Shown: in pieces, positions 38,776-46,661 of the stretch | Layout: the number at the start of each line of letters is the position of its first letter | Numbering within the stretch: position 1 is the first letter of the stretch | Origin: Blastocatellia bacterium | GTDB taxonomy: Bacteria; Acidobacteriota; Blastocatellia; Chloracidobacteriales; JADJPF01 | Length of the DNA stretch: 64,000 bases | Direction of reading: 5' to 3' | NCBI GenBank assembly: GCA_025057015.1 | Contig: JANWYG010000010.1 | Location: 30,506 to 94,505, forward strand | Made by a program: the position numbers and the translations under genes | The notes under the pieces: model-generated | The model's input: the letters and a program-made list of their open reading frames with translations, nothing else | What the model was told of the DNA's origin: nothing | Database searches by the model: none

Positions 38776-38847
38776 TGGGCCCTGCAGGATTCGAACCTGC
38801 AACCAACGGATTATGAGTCCGCTGCTCTACCGTTGAGCTAAAGGCCC
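38776..38847 (-). tRNA. tRNA with anticodon CAT; elongator type, probably tRNA-Ile2 (lysidine) rather than tRNA-Met
   Basis: Hand-folded cloverleaf: GGGCCTT-TA-GCTC-AACGGTA-GAGC-A-GCGGA-CTCATAA-TCCGT-TGGTT-GCAGG-TTCGAAT-CCTGC-AGGGCCC-A. G1-C72 is paired and there is no GGG/CCC anticodon stem, so it is not an initiator. CCA is not encoded. Confidence 0.9.
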
Positions 38848-38908
38848 AGCCATCGAGAAACAGAATAATAGGCTAAATAGTAGTTAAAAGCAATAGAGTC
38901 TTTCCTAT

Positions 38909-40243
38909 TTACATCCAGGTTTTGTAATAAGTCTTCTGGACGGCAAAGAGCAAGCCACGCATCTGATCTACGCTGTTTTTGAATTCGTCAAAGACGGACC
39001 TGTTGGGAATGTTGTTACTTTCTAGGTTTTCTATCAGAAGCTGAAGCAGCATGGACATGTCTTTGCAAAGCTGCTTGAGTTCTATTAGGAGAGAGTCTAC
39101 CTGCTGTTGGATTGGGTTATCTTCAGTCTCAGAGTCAGGTGGTTTAAGAGAATCATTGCTGCCTGGTTCAAACAGTTTGTGCTTGAGAGGAGACTCTAAA
39201 AAACCGACGCTAGGATCTGTAGCAAGCAGTATAGCAGCCTCTAGATCGTCCTCGGTGGCGTTCAAAAATACGCTTTGAAGTTCTCTTTCTGTGACGGCTT
39301 TGACAGCAGCTTCCAGCTCAGTAGCTAACTCTGCAACGGTTTGCTGTCTATCAGCAGGATTTTTCTCTAGTGCTCGCATTACCACAGCGTTTACTACTGC
39401 CGGTAACTCTGGGCGAACCTCGTATATCGGAAGGGGTTTTTCTAGTCGGTGCTTCATTACTATGGCTACAACTTTATCTGCGTCGAAAGGTAACTCGCCA
39501 GTAAGCATTTGGTAGAGTACTATGCCGAGTGAGTATACATCAGAACGTTCGTCGACTTCTTCGCCCATGCATTGTTCTGGCGACATGTAGTAAGGAGTAC
39601 CGACGATGACACCTATTTGAGTAAGCCCTTTAAACTCTTCGTCTTCCTCTTTCGCACCTTTGTATTTTGCTATGCCAAAATCCATAACCTTGACTATTTC
39701 TCGGCCTTCCAGGCGATGAAGGAAGATGTTTTCGGGCTTCAGGTCACGGTGAATTATATGGTTTTCGTGAGCTACCGATATGGCAGCGCATACTTGGCGT
39801 AGAATATTGCTTGCTTCAAGAGGAGATAAATAGACGCGCTCGCGCAGACGCTGCTCCAAAGTTACACCTTCTAATAGCTCTGTTACTACATATACTATCT
39901 GATCGGGAGTTACACCAAAATCCATTACTGCTATGGCATTGGTGTGCCGTACCTTCATAGTTACCAGAGCTTCACGCCTGTATCGCTCTATCGCCATAGG
40001 TTCGCTTACGAGCCGAGGATGGATTATCTTTACAGCTACTGGGGCGCGAAGCTGTACATGCGTAGCTTGATAAACTGTTCCTGCACCTCCTCGAGCAATC
40101 TTGCGATCTATGCGGTACTTGCCGTCTATGACCATGCCTATGAACGGATCATGCTCTTCTGCTGAGATAAGCCGCTGTCCGTCGAAAACGCAGAAGCGAG
40201 TTGAATCGTCATACTTGCGTTTGCACTCTGGGCAGTATTTCAT
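38909..40243 (-). CDS. Hanks-type Ser/Thr kinase with N-terminal zinc ribbon
   Basis: Zinc ribbon CPECKRKY...FCVFDG. Kinase motifs GGAGTVY, VAVK, HRDLKPENIF, DFG and GTPYYMSPE. No TM segment. Confidence 0.9.
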   Translation of the reverse strand: MKYCPECKRKYDDSTRFCVFDGQRLISAEEHDPFIGMVIDGKYRIDRKIARGGAGTVYQATHVQLRAPVAVKIIHPRLVSEPMAIERYRREALVTMKVRHTNAIAVMDFGVTPDQIVYVVTELLEGVTLEQRLRERVYLSPLEASNILRQVCAAISVAHENHIIHRDLKPENIFLHRLEGREIVKVMDFGIAKYKGAKEEDEEFKGLTQIGVIVGTPYYMSPEQCMGEEVDERSDVYSLGIVLYQMLTGELPFDADKVVAIVMKHRLEKPLPIYEVRPELPAVVNAVVMRALEKNPADRQQTVAELATELEAAVKAVTERELQSVFLNATEDDLEAAILLATDPSVGFLESPLKHKLFEPGSNDSLKPPDSETEDNPIQQQVDSLLIELKQLCKDMSMLLQLLIENLESNNIPNRSVFDEFKNSVDQMRGLLFAVQKTYYKTWM

Positions 40244-40252
40244 CGAGCTTCC

Positions 40253-43200
40253 TCACTTGCTCTGGCCAATAGAGATTACAGTGGCACTCTGCTCTTTTAG
40301 AGAAGGAGTTATAGGTAACAACAAATGGAAACTGCTGCCTTTGTTCAACCCTTCTGATTCTGCCCAAACTCGTCCGCCGTGCTCTTCTACGTAGCTTTTC
40401 ACTATGCTAAGACCAAGGCCAGATCCACGAGCCTGAAATTCGTATTTACCAGAGGAGTGGTGTAACCAGTCACTGCCAGTATAGAACTTATCGAAGATTC
40501 TCTCAAGCTCTTCCTTCCTTATACCTACTCCTTCATCCTTAATTACCACATGTAGATTGTCAGTTTCGATCGCTACAGATACCTCTATCTTTCCTCCATC
40601 AGGAGTGAACTTGATGGCGTTTTGCAAGATATTCGTGACTGCTTGACGCAACTTTTCCTCATCTGCTTGTATTTTAGGCAACCCGTCGGGCAATAGGTAA
40701 GAGATATACTGTCTGCGATGCTTGATGAATATTTCATGCTCACGTATAACCGACTCTATCAGCTCCTTTAAATCTAGTGTTGTGACTTCTAATTTTAACG
40801 CCTTCTCATCACACTTTATCATCTCTAGGATGTTAGTAAAGGCAGTAGTCATTCGCTCTATGGCTCGATTGCAAATATCTATTGACTGCTTTTGCTTAGG
40901 ATTAAGCTGACCAAGCATCCCATCGGCAAGCATCTCGTGATACCCTTTCAAAATCGCAAGAGGTGTGCGCATCTCATGTGAGGTAATCGCCATGAAGTTA
41001 TTCTTCATCTGATTTAGCTCTTGTAAGGCCCGGCTGACAGCTTGTTCATTCTTATAGAGCTTTTCTAGTTCCTTAAGCGATTCTTCAAGTAACAAGCTTT
41101 TTTCTGCTAATGAGCTGTAAAGTCCCGCATTTTCTATAGCCACTGCTGCTTGGTGAGTTAGGGCCTCAAGCAGCTGCCGGTCGATTTCTGTATAGTAAGC
41201 TTGATCCTTGCGCCGCCTTATGTCCATTACACCAATTACGTTGCCTTGTCGATCTCTAATCGGCACATCCATTATCCCGTAGACACCGTACTTTTCCAGC
41301 AGATCGGGTCGAGATACGCGTTTATCGGCCTTTACGTCATTGACTATTATTGATTCACCAGTAGCTGCCACCGTTCCAGCAATTCCTTGGCCTTTCGGAA
41401 AGATTAATTTCTCCTTTTCCCACTTGCCGTTGTTCCAGACATACTTGAATACCAGCTCATCGCCTTCTATAAGACCGACCCCTCCAGGATCACCTCCAAC
41501 CAACGAGGCACTTTCCTCCACTATCTTCTGCAATACTGCATCAAGGTCAAGCTGAGAGTTAATTACGCGGATACTTTCCAACATCTGCCGTAGGCTATCT
41601 ATTTTCTGCTGTTGTATTCTTCGTTCGTTTTCAAGTTGCTCTTCCTGCTTGCGGATAAGTAGCCTTATCCGCCACCTGTAAGTTGCAAAGCCCAGGACAA
41701 CTAAAATGGCTGCTATTAATAAATAAAACCAAGTACGTTGCCAAAAAGGTGCTGCTACGTCTATTGATATTGTCTTTATTTGGCTTTCAAGGCCTTTTCT
41801 TGATATAGCTTTGATAAGTACAGTATAGCGTCCAGGCTGCAGAGTTAACCTGATGGAGCGCTCCCGGCTCGGTCGAGACCAGGAAGTGTCCATACCTTCT
41901 ATAAAAGAGCTATAGCACAGTAGATCTTCGTCCGCTGGCGAAATGCCTACAAACTCTATTGTCAAGGTGTTGTCGTCATAATCGACAGAGACTTGCTCTT
42001 TGGTGAAGATTTTGGCTTTTGACCTGATGCCAGTAATGTAGAGCCGCGGCGGATTGAGTTTTATTTCTCTCCCACTGGGAGAGTAACGTACCACTCCTTC
42101 TGCCGTGCCAAACCAGATACTACCATCAGGAGATATCGCAGTTGCTCCAGTAGATATGGTGTTGCTTATAAGACCATCGCGAGTGGTATACGTTCTAAAA
42201 CTCCTACCATCATAGTAGGAAATACCGTTAGAAGTACCTATCCAAAGCTTACCGCCTTGGCTGATGATAGAGCGTACAGAGTTGTTTGCCAGTCCTTGCT
42301 CTGTGGAAAACAGCTTAAATAAGTTGCCTTCAAACAATGCTAAACCGCTTGATGTGCCAAGCCATTTACGCCCTAGTTCGTCCTCATAGAAACAAAGAAC
42401 TCGCCTGTCAGGTAAGCCTTGCTCGCTCGTGTAGTTGGTGAAAGTTTTGCCGTCAAAGATGCTCAACCCTCTCGGAGTACAAATCCACAGTCGTCCATCA
42501 GCACTTTTTCCAAAAGATTCTATCTGGTTACTAACTAAGCCGTCATCTGTTGTGTAGGTTTTAAAATCTTTACCATCGTAGCGTATTATTCCATTGCTTG
42601 TAGTCGAATTTGATCCAAACCAAATGTTGCCGTGATTGTCTTCACATATGGCACTGATGCGATCCCTGGCTCCTATATCTTTCAAGCTGAAATGCCGGAA
42701 GTCTCCTTCTTCATAAACTGATACCCCTTTGTGCCCTCCTATCCAAACTCGCAGGCGGCTATCTACATAAACGCTCCAGAGCCAGTTTTCAGTTAGACCA
42801 TTCTGCTCAGTAAATTTTTGTATGCTACCATCAGGTCTAATTGCTGATAGACCATCATTTATGGATGACACCCATATCGTACCGTCAGCTGCAGCAGCGA
42901 TGCCGCTTATCATACCTTCACTTAAGCCGTTTTCCTTCGTGTAATTTGAAAAATGCTCGTCTGTGAATCGAAATGCCCCGTTCCATCGCGTGCCCACCCA
43001 GACATAACCGTCACTGTCTTCAATTATTGCGGTCAGATAGTTGTCCGGTAAGCCATGACGTTTATCAAACACCTTGAACTTGCCATTTTCCATCAAACTA
43101 ATGCCACCGCCAAAAGTGGCAAACCAGATTCTGCCGTGCCGGTCAACCATGACCTTACCGCCTCGTTCACTGCTGAGTCCTTGTTCTTTGGTTATGCGAT

Positions 43201-43894
43201 GAAACTTGCTCCCGTCAAACCGGCAGAAACCACCTGCAGTAGCAATCCAAACCGTCCCATCACGGTCTTCTGCTAGTCCGAAGACATTCTCGTCCGGTAG
43301 GCCATCCGGGACATGATAAGCTCGAAAAGTATTGCCATTATAAACGACGAAGCCTCCCCCGCGAATTCCTAATAGAATAACTCCGCTGCTGGCCTCAAGC
43401 ATCGTCCAGACAGGACCTGGTGGTATACCACTTTCTTGACCAAAGTTCTCAAAACCGTTGCTGCGGTAGCGACTAATACCTTTGGCCGTACCAAACCATA
43501 TGTCACCTTTGCGCGTCACTAATCCACTTAAGACTTCATTCGATGGCAGGCCGTCATCAACACCAAAGCGCTGGAAACTCTTACCATCGTATTTGGCAAC
43601 TCCACCCTTTGTGGATATCCATAAGTTGCCAACAGCGTCTTCCATAATGTTGCGGACGCTTGGATCAGGCAGCCCATGCTCTTTACCAAAGTTGACGTAC
43701 TGTACGCCATCATAACGCGATAGGCCGCTGTCGGTACCAAACCACATGTAGCCTTTGCTGTCTTGAAATAAACAGTATATGATGTTGCTTGGTAAGCCCG
43801 AGCTAGAAGTGTATGTCCTGAAGCGATATGTCTGCGCTGCTGCCGCTGTGCAGCAAAGTAGACATCCCACTGTTATGGCTAGAGTGCGCATCAT
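40253..43894 (-). CDS. Sensor histidine kinase: signal peptide, Reg_prop beta-propeller repeats, Y_Y_Y-like domain, TM, GAF, HisKA, HATPase_c
   Basis: Many copies of the G.WFGT..GL..YDG..F repeat. TM segment WFYLLIAAILVVLGFATY. H-box SHEMRTPL. G-boxes DEGVGI and GSGLGLSIV. Confidence 0.9.
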   Translation of the reverse strand: MMRTLAITVGCLLCCTAAAAQTYRFRTYTSSSGLPSNIIYCLFQDSKGYMWFGTDSGLSRYDGVQYVNFGKEHGLPDPSVRNIMEDAVGNLWISTKGGVAKYDGKSFQRFGVDDGLPSNEVLSGLVTRKGDIWFGTAKGISRYRSNGFENFGQESGIPPGPVWTMLEASSGVILLGIRGGGFVVYNGNTFRAYHVPDGLPDENVFGLAEDRDGTVWIATAGGFCRFDGSKFHRITKEQGLSSERGGKVMVDRHGRIWFATFGGGISLMENGKFKVFDKRHGLPDNYLTAIIEDSDGYVWVGTRWNGAFRFTDEHFSNYTKENGLSEGMISGIAAAADGTIWVSSINDGLSAIRPDGSIQKFTEQNGLTENWLWSVYVDSRLRVWIGGHKGVSVYEEGDFRHFSLKDIGARDRISAICEDNHGNIWFGSNSTTSNGIIRYDGKDFKTYTTDDGLVSNQIESFGKSADGRLWICTPRGLSIFDGKTFTNYTSEQGLPDRRVLCFYEDELGRKWLGTSSGLALFEGNLFKLFSTEQGLANNSVRSIISQGGKLWIGTSNGISYYDGRSFRTYTTRDGLISNTISTGATAISPDGSIWFGTAEGVVRYSPSGREIKLNPPRLYITGIRSKAKIFTKEQVSVDYDDNTLTIEFVGISPADEDLLCYSSFIEGMDTSWSRPSRERSIRLTLQPGRYTVLIKAISRKGLESQIKTISIDVAAPFWQRTWFYLLIAAILVVLGFATYRWRIRLLIRKQEEQLENERRIQQQKIDSLRQMLESIRVINSQLDLDAVLQKIVEESASLVGGDPGGVGLIEGDELVFKYVWNNGKWEKEKLIFPKGQGIAGTVAATGESIIVNDVKADKRVSRPDLLEKYGVYGIMDVPIRDRQGNVIGVMDIRRRKDQAYYTEIDRQLLEALTHQAAVAIENAGLYSSLAEKSLLLEESLKELEKLYKNEQAVSRALQELNQMKNNFMAITSHEMRTPLAILKGYHEMLADGMLGQLNPKQKQSIDICNRAIERMTTAFTNILEMIKCDEKALKLEVTTLDLKELIESVIREHEIFIKHRRQYISYLLPDGLPKIQADEEKLRQAVTNILQNAIKFTPDGGKIEVSVAIETDNLHVVIKDEGVGIRKEELERIFDKFYTGSDWLHHSSGKYEFQARGSGLGLSIVKSYVEEHGGRVWAESEGLNKGSSFHLLLPITPSLKEQSATVISIGQSK

Positions 43895-43980
43895 TAGAAT
43901 TGACTCTTTAAAGACTCAACTATGAGCATTCTATCGGATAGTTAGTCAATCAGGTAGTTGTTTTTTGTCGTTTTGCTCGC

Positions 43981-44775
43981 TCAAAAATCCTTGCTTTTGG
44001 GTAACCAAGGAAAGAAAGCACTCGTAGATTTTATGTACTTTGTGTACTCCGGCTTGGTTTTAACAAGCGTCTGTTCGAGTAAGCTGACACCTGAGACCTT
44101 TATTAGAAGTAGTGTCATAAGTAGCGGCGACACTATAGTCCATGCGCCCAACGGAGTAGCTAGCGCTATTAAAAAGTAACCCCACCAAACAACCGATTCG
44201 CCAAAGTAATTCGGATGTCGACTGTAGCGCCAAAGGCCACTGTCAAGTACTTTGCCTTTGTTTTCAGGGCTCGATTTGAAGCGCTTTAGTTGCCAATCGG
44301 CAACAGCTTCGAATAGAAAGCCCGTAAGCCAAACCGCCGTGCCCAAATAGTCTAACCATGACAAACTCTTAGGATATAACGCGGTTTGCGCTACTTGTAG
44401 GGGAAGAGAAATAATGATCATCAGTGCGCCTTGGAACAAGAAAACGGTAAATAGCGAAACTATCGGGAACTTGTCGCCATGGCGCTCTCGCATAGCCTTG
44501 TAACGGAAGTCTTCTCCCTTGCCTCTGTTGCGTAGGAAAATATGTAGCGATAACCTGATGCCCCAAATGGCCACTAATACAGCTACGAGTATCTTGCGAT
44601 TTGTAATAGCAGGAGAAAATATAGCACCTATCGTGGCTATTTGTACGAAACCTAGCCCCCAGAAGGTGTCTACTATACTGGCATCCTTCTTGACTAGGCT
44701 TGCTATCCAAAGCGATAACATCATTACCGCTGTTGCGGCTACTGATGCTAGCAGGATTGTTACAAGACTATCCAT
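43981..44775 (-). CDS. DUF1295 / steroid 5-alpha-reductase-like membrane protein
   Basis: Polytopic, with GLWRYSRHPNYFGE. ATG 44775 is preferred over the ORF start at 44811. Confidence 0.75.
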   Translation of the reverse strand: MDSLVTILLASVAATAVMMLSLWIASLVKKDASIVDTFWGLGFVQIATIGAIFSPAITNRKILVAVLVAIWGIRLSLHIFLRNRGKGEDFRYKAMRERHGDKFPIVSLFTVFLFQGALMIIISLPLQVAQTALYPKSLSWLDYLGTAVWLTGFLFEAVADWQLKRFKSSPENKGKVLDSGLWRYSRHPNYFGESVVWWGYFLIALATPLGAWTIVSPLLMTLLLIKVSGVSLLEQTLVKTKPEYTKYIKSTSAFFPWLPKSKDF

Positions 44776-45298
44776 GTTCCCCCCCAAAAGGCTTGTTTGA
44801 TGCCCAGGCAAAAAGCGCTAGAACAGCTGCCCAGACTACTGCTAGTATGGCTGCTGTTGGTAGTTCGCCAAGGGGTAGGGCAACTGCACCAAGCCTCATA
44901 GCAGCAAGATAGGCTGTCGGACCGGAGACAGCACCAATTATCGCTGCTAAAGCTAGCTTTCCTCGCAGCCACGATAGGGAAGTGCTAAAAGAAGTCGCAA
45001 AAAGTAACCACATAGCTAATATCCAAATCGGGGCAGGGAAGATCCCATCGTCAGCAGCATAAACAGCTATCCCTAATCCCTTTTTAGCACCATCTACCAT
45101 AATACCTACTAGCGCAGCAAACAGTAGAAAGGCGAGCTCGTTACGCAGCGCTTTCCTTTTGGTAATAAGTAAGTGCAAGCCTAAGTGAATAGCTACCGCA
45201 AGCAAACCAAGCCATACCTTGCCACTGGCAGCACCTAGCACGCATGCAAACCATCCGAATTGTATGCCCAAGATGTTTATGCCTGTAGATAACTTCAA
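44768..45298 (-). CDS. Integral membrane protein (possibly DUF2878 family)
   Basis: About 5 hydrophobic segments. The family assignment rests only on my memory of DUF2878 co-occurring with DUF1295. Confidence 0.5.
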   Translation of the reverse strand: MKLSTGINILGIQFGWFACVLGAASGKVWLGLLAVAIHLGLHLLITKRKALRNELAFLLFAALVGIMVDGAKKGLGIAVYAADDGIFPAPIWILAMWLLFATSFSTSLSWLRGKLALAAIIGAVSGPTAYLAAMRLGAVALPLGELPTAAILAVVWAAVLALFAWASNKPFGGEHG

Positions 45299-45891
45299 CT
45301 GCTCAGCAACTTCTCTACGGTTTTATGTAACACTCTTATTTGTTCTTCTTCGTCGCTGCGATAGTAACCGCGTATTTTGCCTTGCCTGTCTATGAGAACA
45401 AAACGGTTACTATGAGAATTCGGATCTTGGTCAGCAGGCAAACGAAAACCACTGACCGATAGTTCTATAATCTTTTGCTTATCCCCGGTTAGGAACAACC
45501 AAGTCTTAGGATCAGCTCCTATCCGTTCAGCGTGCTCTGCCATCTTTTCTGGACTGTCTACTTCAGGATTGACACTGATGGATACTATCTTTAGACCAAG
45601 CTTGCCGTAGTCCTCTTGCAGCTTAGATAACTGAGCAGTCATCATCGGGCATATGTTTTTGCAATCTGTGAAAAAGAAACAAGCAACCCACACTTGACCT
45701 TTCAAATCCTGAGTAGTTATAGGCCTGCCTAGGTGAGAAGTGAGCTTGAAGTCTGGAACTTCGCCATAGTCGCCCAACTCACTAGCGTCAGGCACAGACT
45801 TTTCATGCACGACAAGCGAAGGAGTCTCTTTTCCTACACTACATCCTGCTGCCGGTAAGAGTACTAATACTAATACCAACCACTTCAACAT
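45295..45891 (-). CDS. SCO1/SenC-family thioredoxin-fold copper chaperone, lipoprotein
   Basis: Lipobox LLPAAGC. CKNICP (CxxxCP) in the FFFTDC context. FVLIDRQGKIRG. ATG 45891 is preferred over GTG 45930. Confidence 0.8.
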   Translation of the reverse strand: MLKWLVLVLVLLPAAGCSVGKETPSLVVHEKSVPDASELGDYGEVPDFKLTSHLGRPITTQDLKGQVWVACFFFTDCKNICPMMTAQLSKLQEDYGKLGLKIVSISVNPEVDSPEKMAEHAERIGADPKTWLFLTGDKQKIIELSVSGFRLPADQDPNSHSNRFVLIDRQGKIRGYYRSDEEEQIRVLHKTVEKLLSS

Positions 45892-46149
45892 AAGTTTGCC
45901 TCTTTTTCTAAATCGTTGTAAAAATCTCACCGAAAGGAAAGTTTTGCAACCTTTCTTTGCTGCGTACTAGCTCTCAGCCTATCCAGTATTTTCGGTATTG
46001 GTTGTTCGGTAGCCACTTTTCTATTTGAATCTTGAGCTGTTTCAACACCAGTTTGGTGATCTTAAAGCAAGTTTCCTATTTCCTTTGAGAAGCTCTTCTT
46101 TACCCTTGCTCTAGCTTGCCTGCCAAAACCTTTGCTTGTGTTAAGATGT

Positions 46150-46165
46150 GTTTTCATTTGAAAAC
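46150..46165. repeat. 16-bp palindrome GTTTTCATTTGAAAAC
   Basis: Read directly: 7-bp arms with a 2-nt centre. Confidence 0.85.
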
Positions 46166-46255
46166 AAAAGCTGCAGGGTTTGGAGATTAGCCAGAAACGA
46201 TCGTTACTTTCTTAGATTTTATAAGACTCGCTTTATCAATATCTTACGGCAAGTT

Positions 46256-46316
46256 TGTTACTTTTTGTAACATCCGGCTAACCTCCCCAAACCCCAAAAA
46301 CCCCTTAGGTTAGCCG
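46256..46316. repeat. Two adjacent hairpins: TGTTAC-TTTTT-GTAACA, then a 10-bp inverted repeat CGGCTAACCT/AGGTTAGCCG around a 22-nt loop CCCCAAACCCCAAAAACCCCTT
   Basis: Read directly. TAGGTTAGCC recurs at 46408..46417. Confidence 0.85.
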
Positions 46317-46436
46317 CTTTCCTCTATCTTATTCTTTTGCCTACCCTTGCCGCTTTTTTCACTTCTTCCCCTAGTTAGACATCTGTCAAACCTTTACAGT
46401 AAAAAAGTAGGTTAGCCAAAATTGAATTTTTGCTCC

Positions 46437-46465
46437 TTGACTACCAATAACTTATAGGCTATACT
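46437..46465 (+). promoter_or_regulatory. Near-consensus sigma70-type promoter TTGACT-N17-TATACT
   Basis: -35 at 46437..46442 and -10 at 46460..46465. The predicted start (about 46472) falls at the first copy of the direct repeat. Confidence 0.4.
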
Positions 46466-46661
46466 CTCTAAACTCTAGACGCGCCTCTTAGCGGATTAAA
46501 ACTTTGAGAGGGTAGTTGACAAAAGGGGAAATGATATGTACTCTGCAATCAAGACGTGTTTCCTTAGCGGATTAAGACCACTGGGATGAACCTGATGTGG
46601 TAAGTTAAAGTGTTTTTTGGTAATTTACAAACTCTAGACGCGCTTCTTAGCGGTTTTTAGC
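46462..46661 (+). repeat. Three degenerate direct repeats (about 26-40 nt) with CRISPR-like spacing; not called as CRISPR
   Basis: R1 46470..46502 is aaactctagacgcgcCtcttagcggattaaaac. R2 46552..46578 is agacgtgtttccttagcggattaagac. R3 46629..46661 is aaactctagacgcgcTtcttagcggtttttagc. R1 and R3 match at 24/25 positions at the 5' end. R1 and R2 share cttagcggattaa. Core-to-core spacing is 75 and 84 bp. Confidence 0.7.

Noticed and set aside
38776-38847. Initiator tRNA-fMet assignment for the CAT tRNA
   Set aside because: G1-C72 is Watson-Crick paired and the anticodon stem is GCGGA/TCCGT, lacking the three consecutive G-C pairs of bacterial initiators.
38694-38908. Genomic-island or integrase signature next to the tRNA genes (also checked 51863..53100)
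   Set aside because: No integrase or recombinase ORF, no transposase and no visible duplication of the tRNA 3' end. The neighbouring genes look chromosomal.
44369-44972. Several overlapping 70-113 aa ORFs on both strands (44369..44710, 44519..44800, 44700..44912, 44760..44972)
   Set aside because: They are alternative frames of the DUF1295 and DUF2878-like membrane-protein genes. Only the annotated frames give coherent TM helices and the RHPNYFGE motif.
46462-46661. Calling the three direct repeats a bona fide CRISPR array
   Set aside because: There are only three copies. They are mosaic and degenerate (each pair shares only half the unit), their lengths are unequal, the spacers differ in size and there are no cas genes within the window. 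I kept it as a repeat or possible relic instead.
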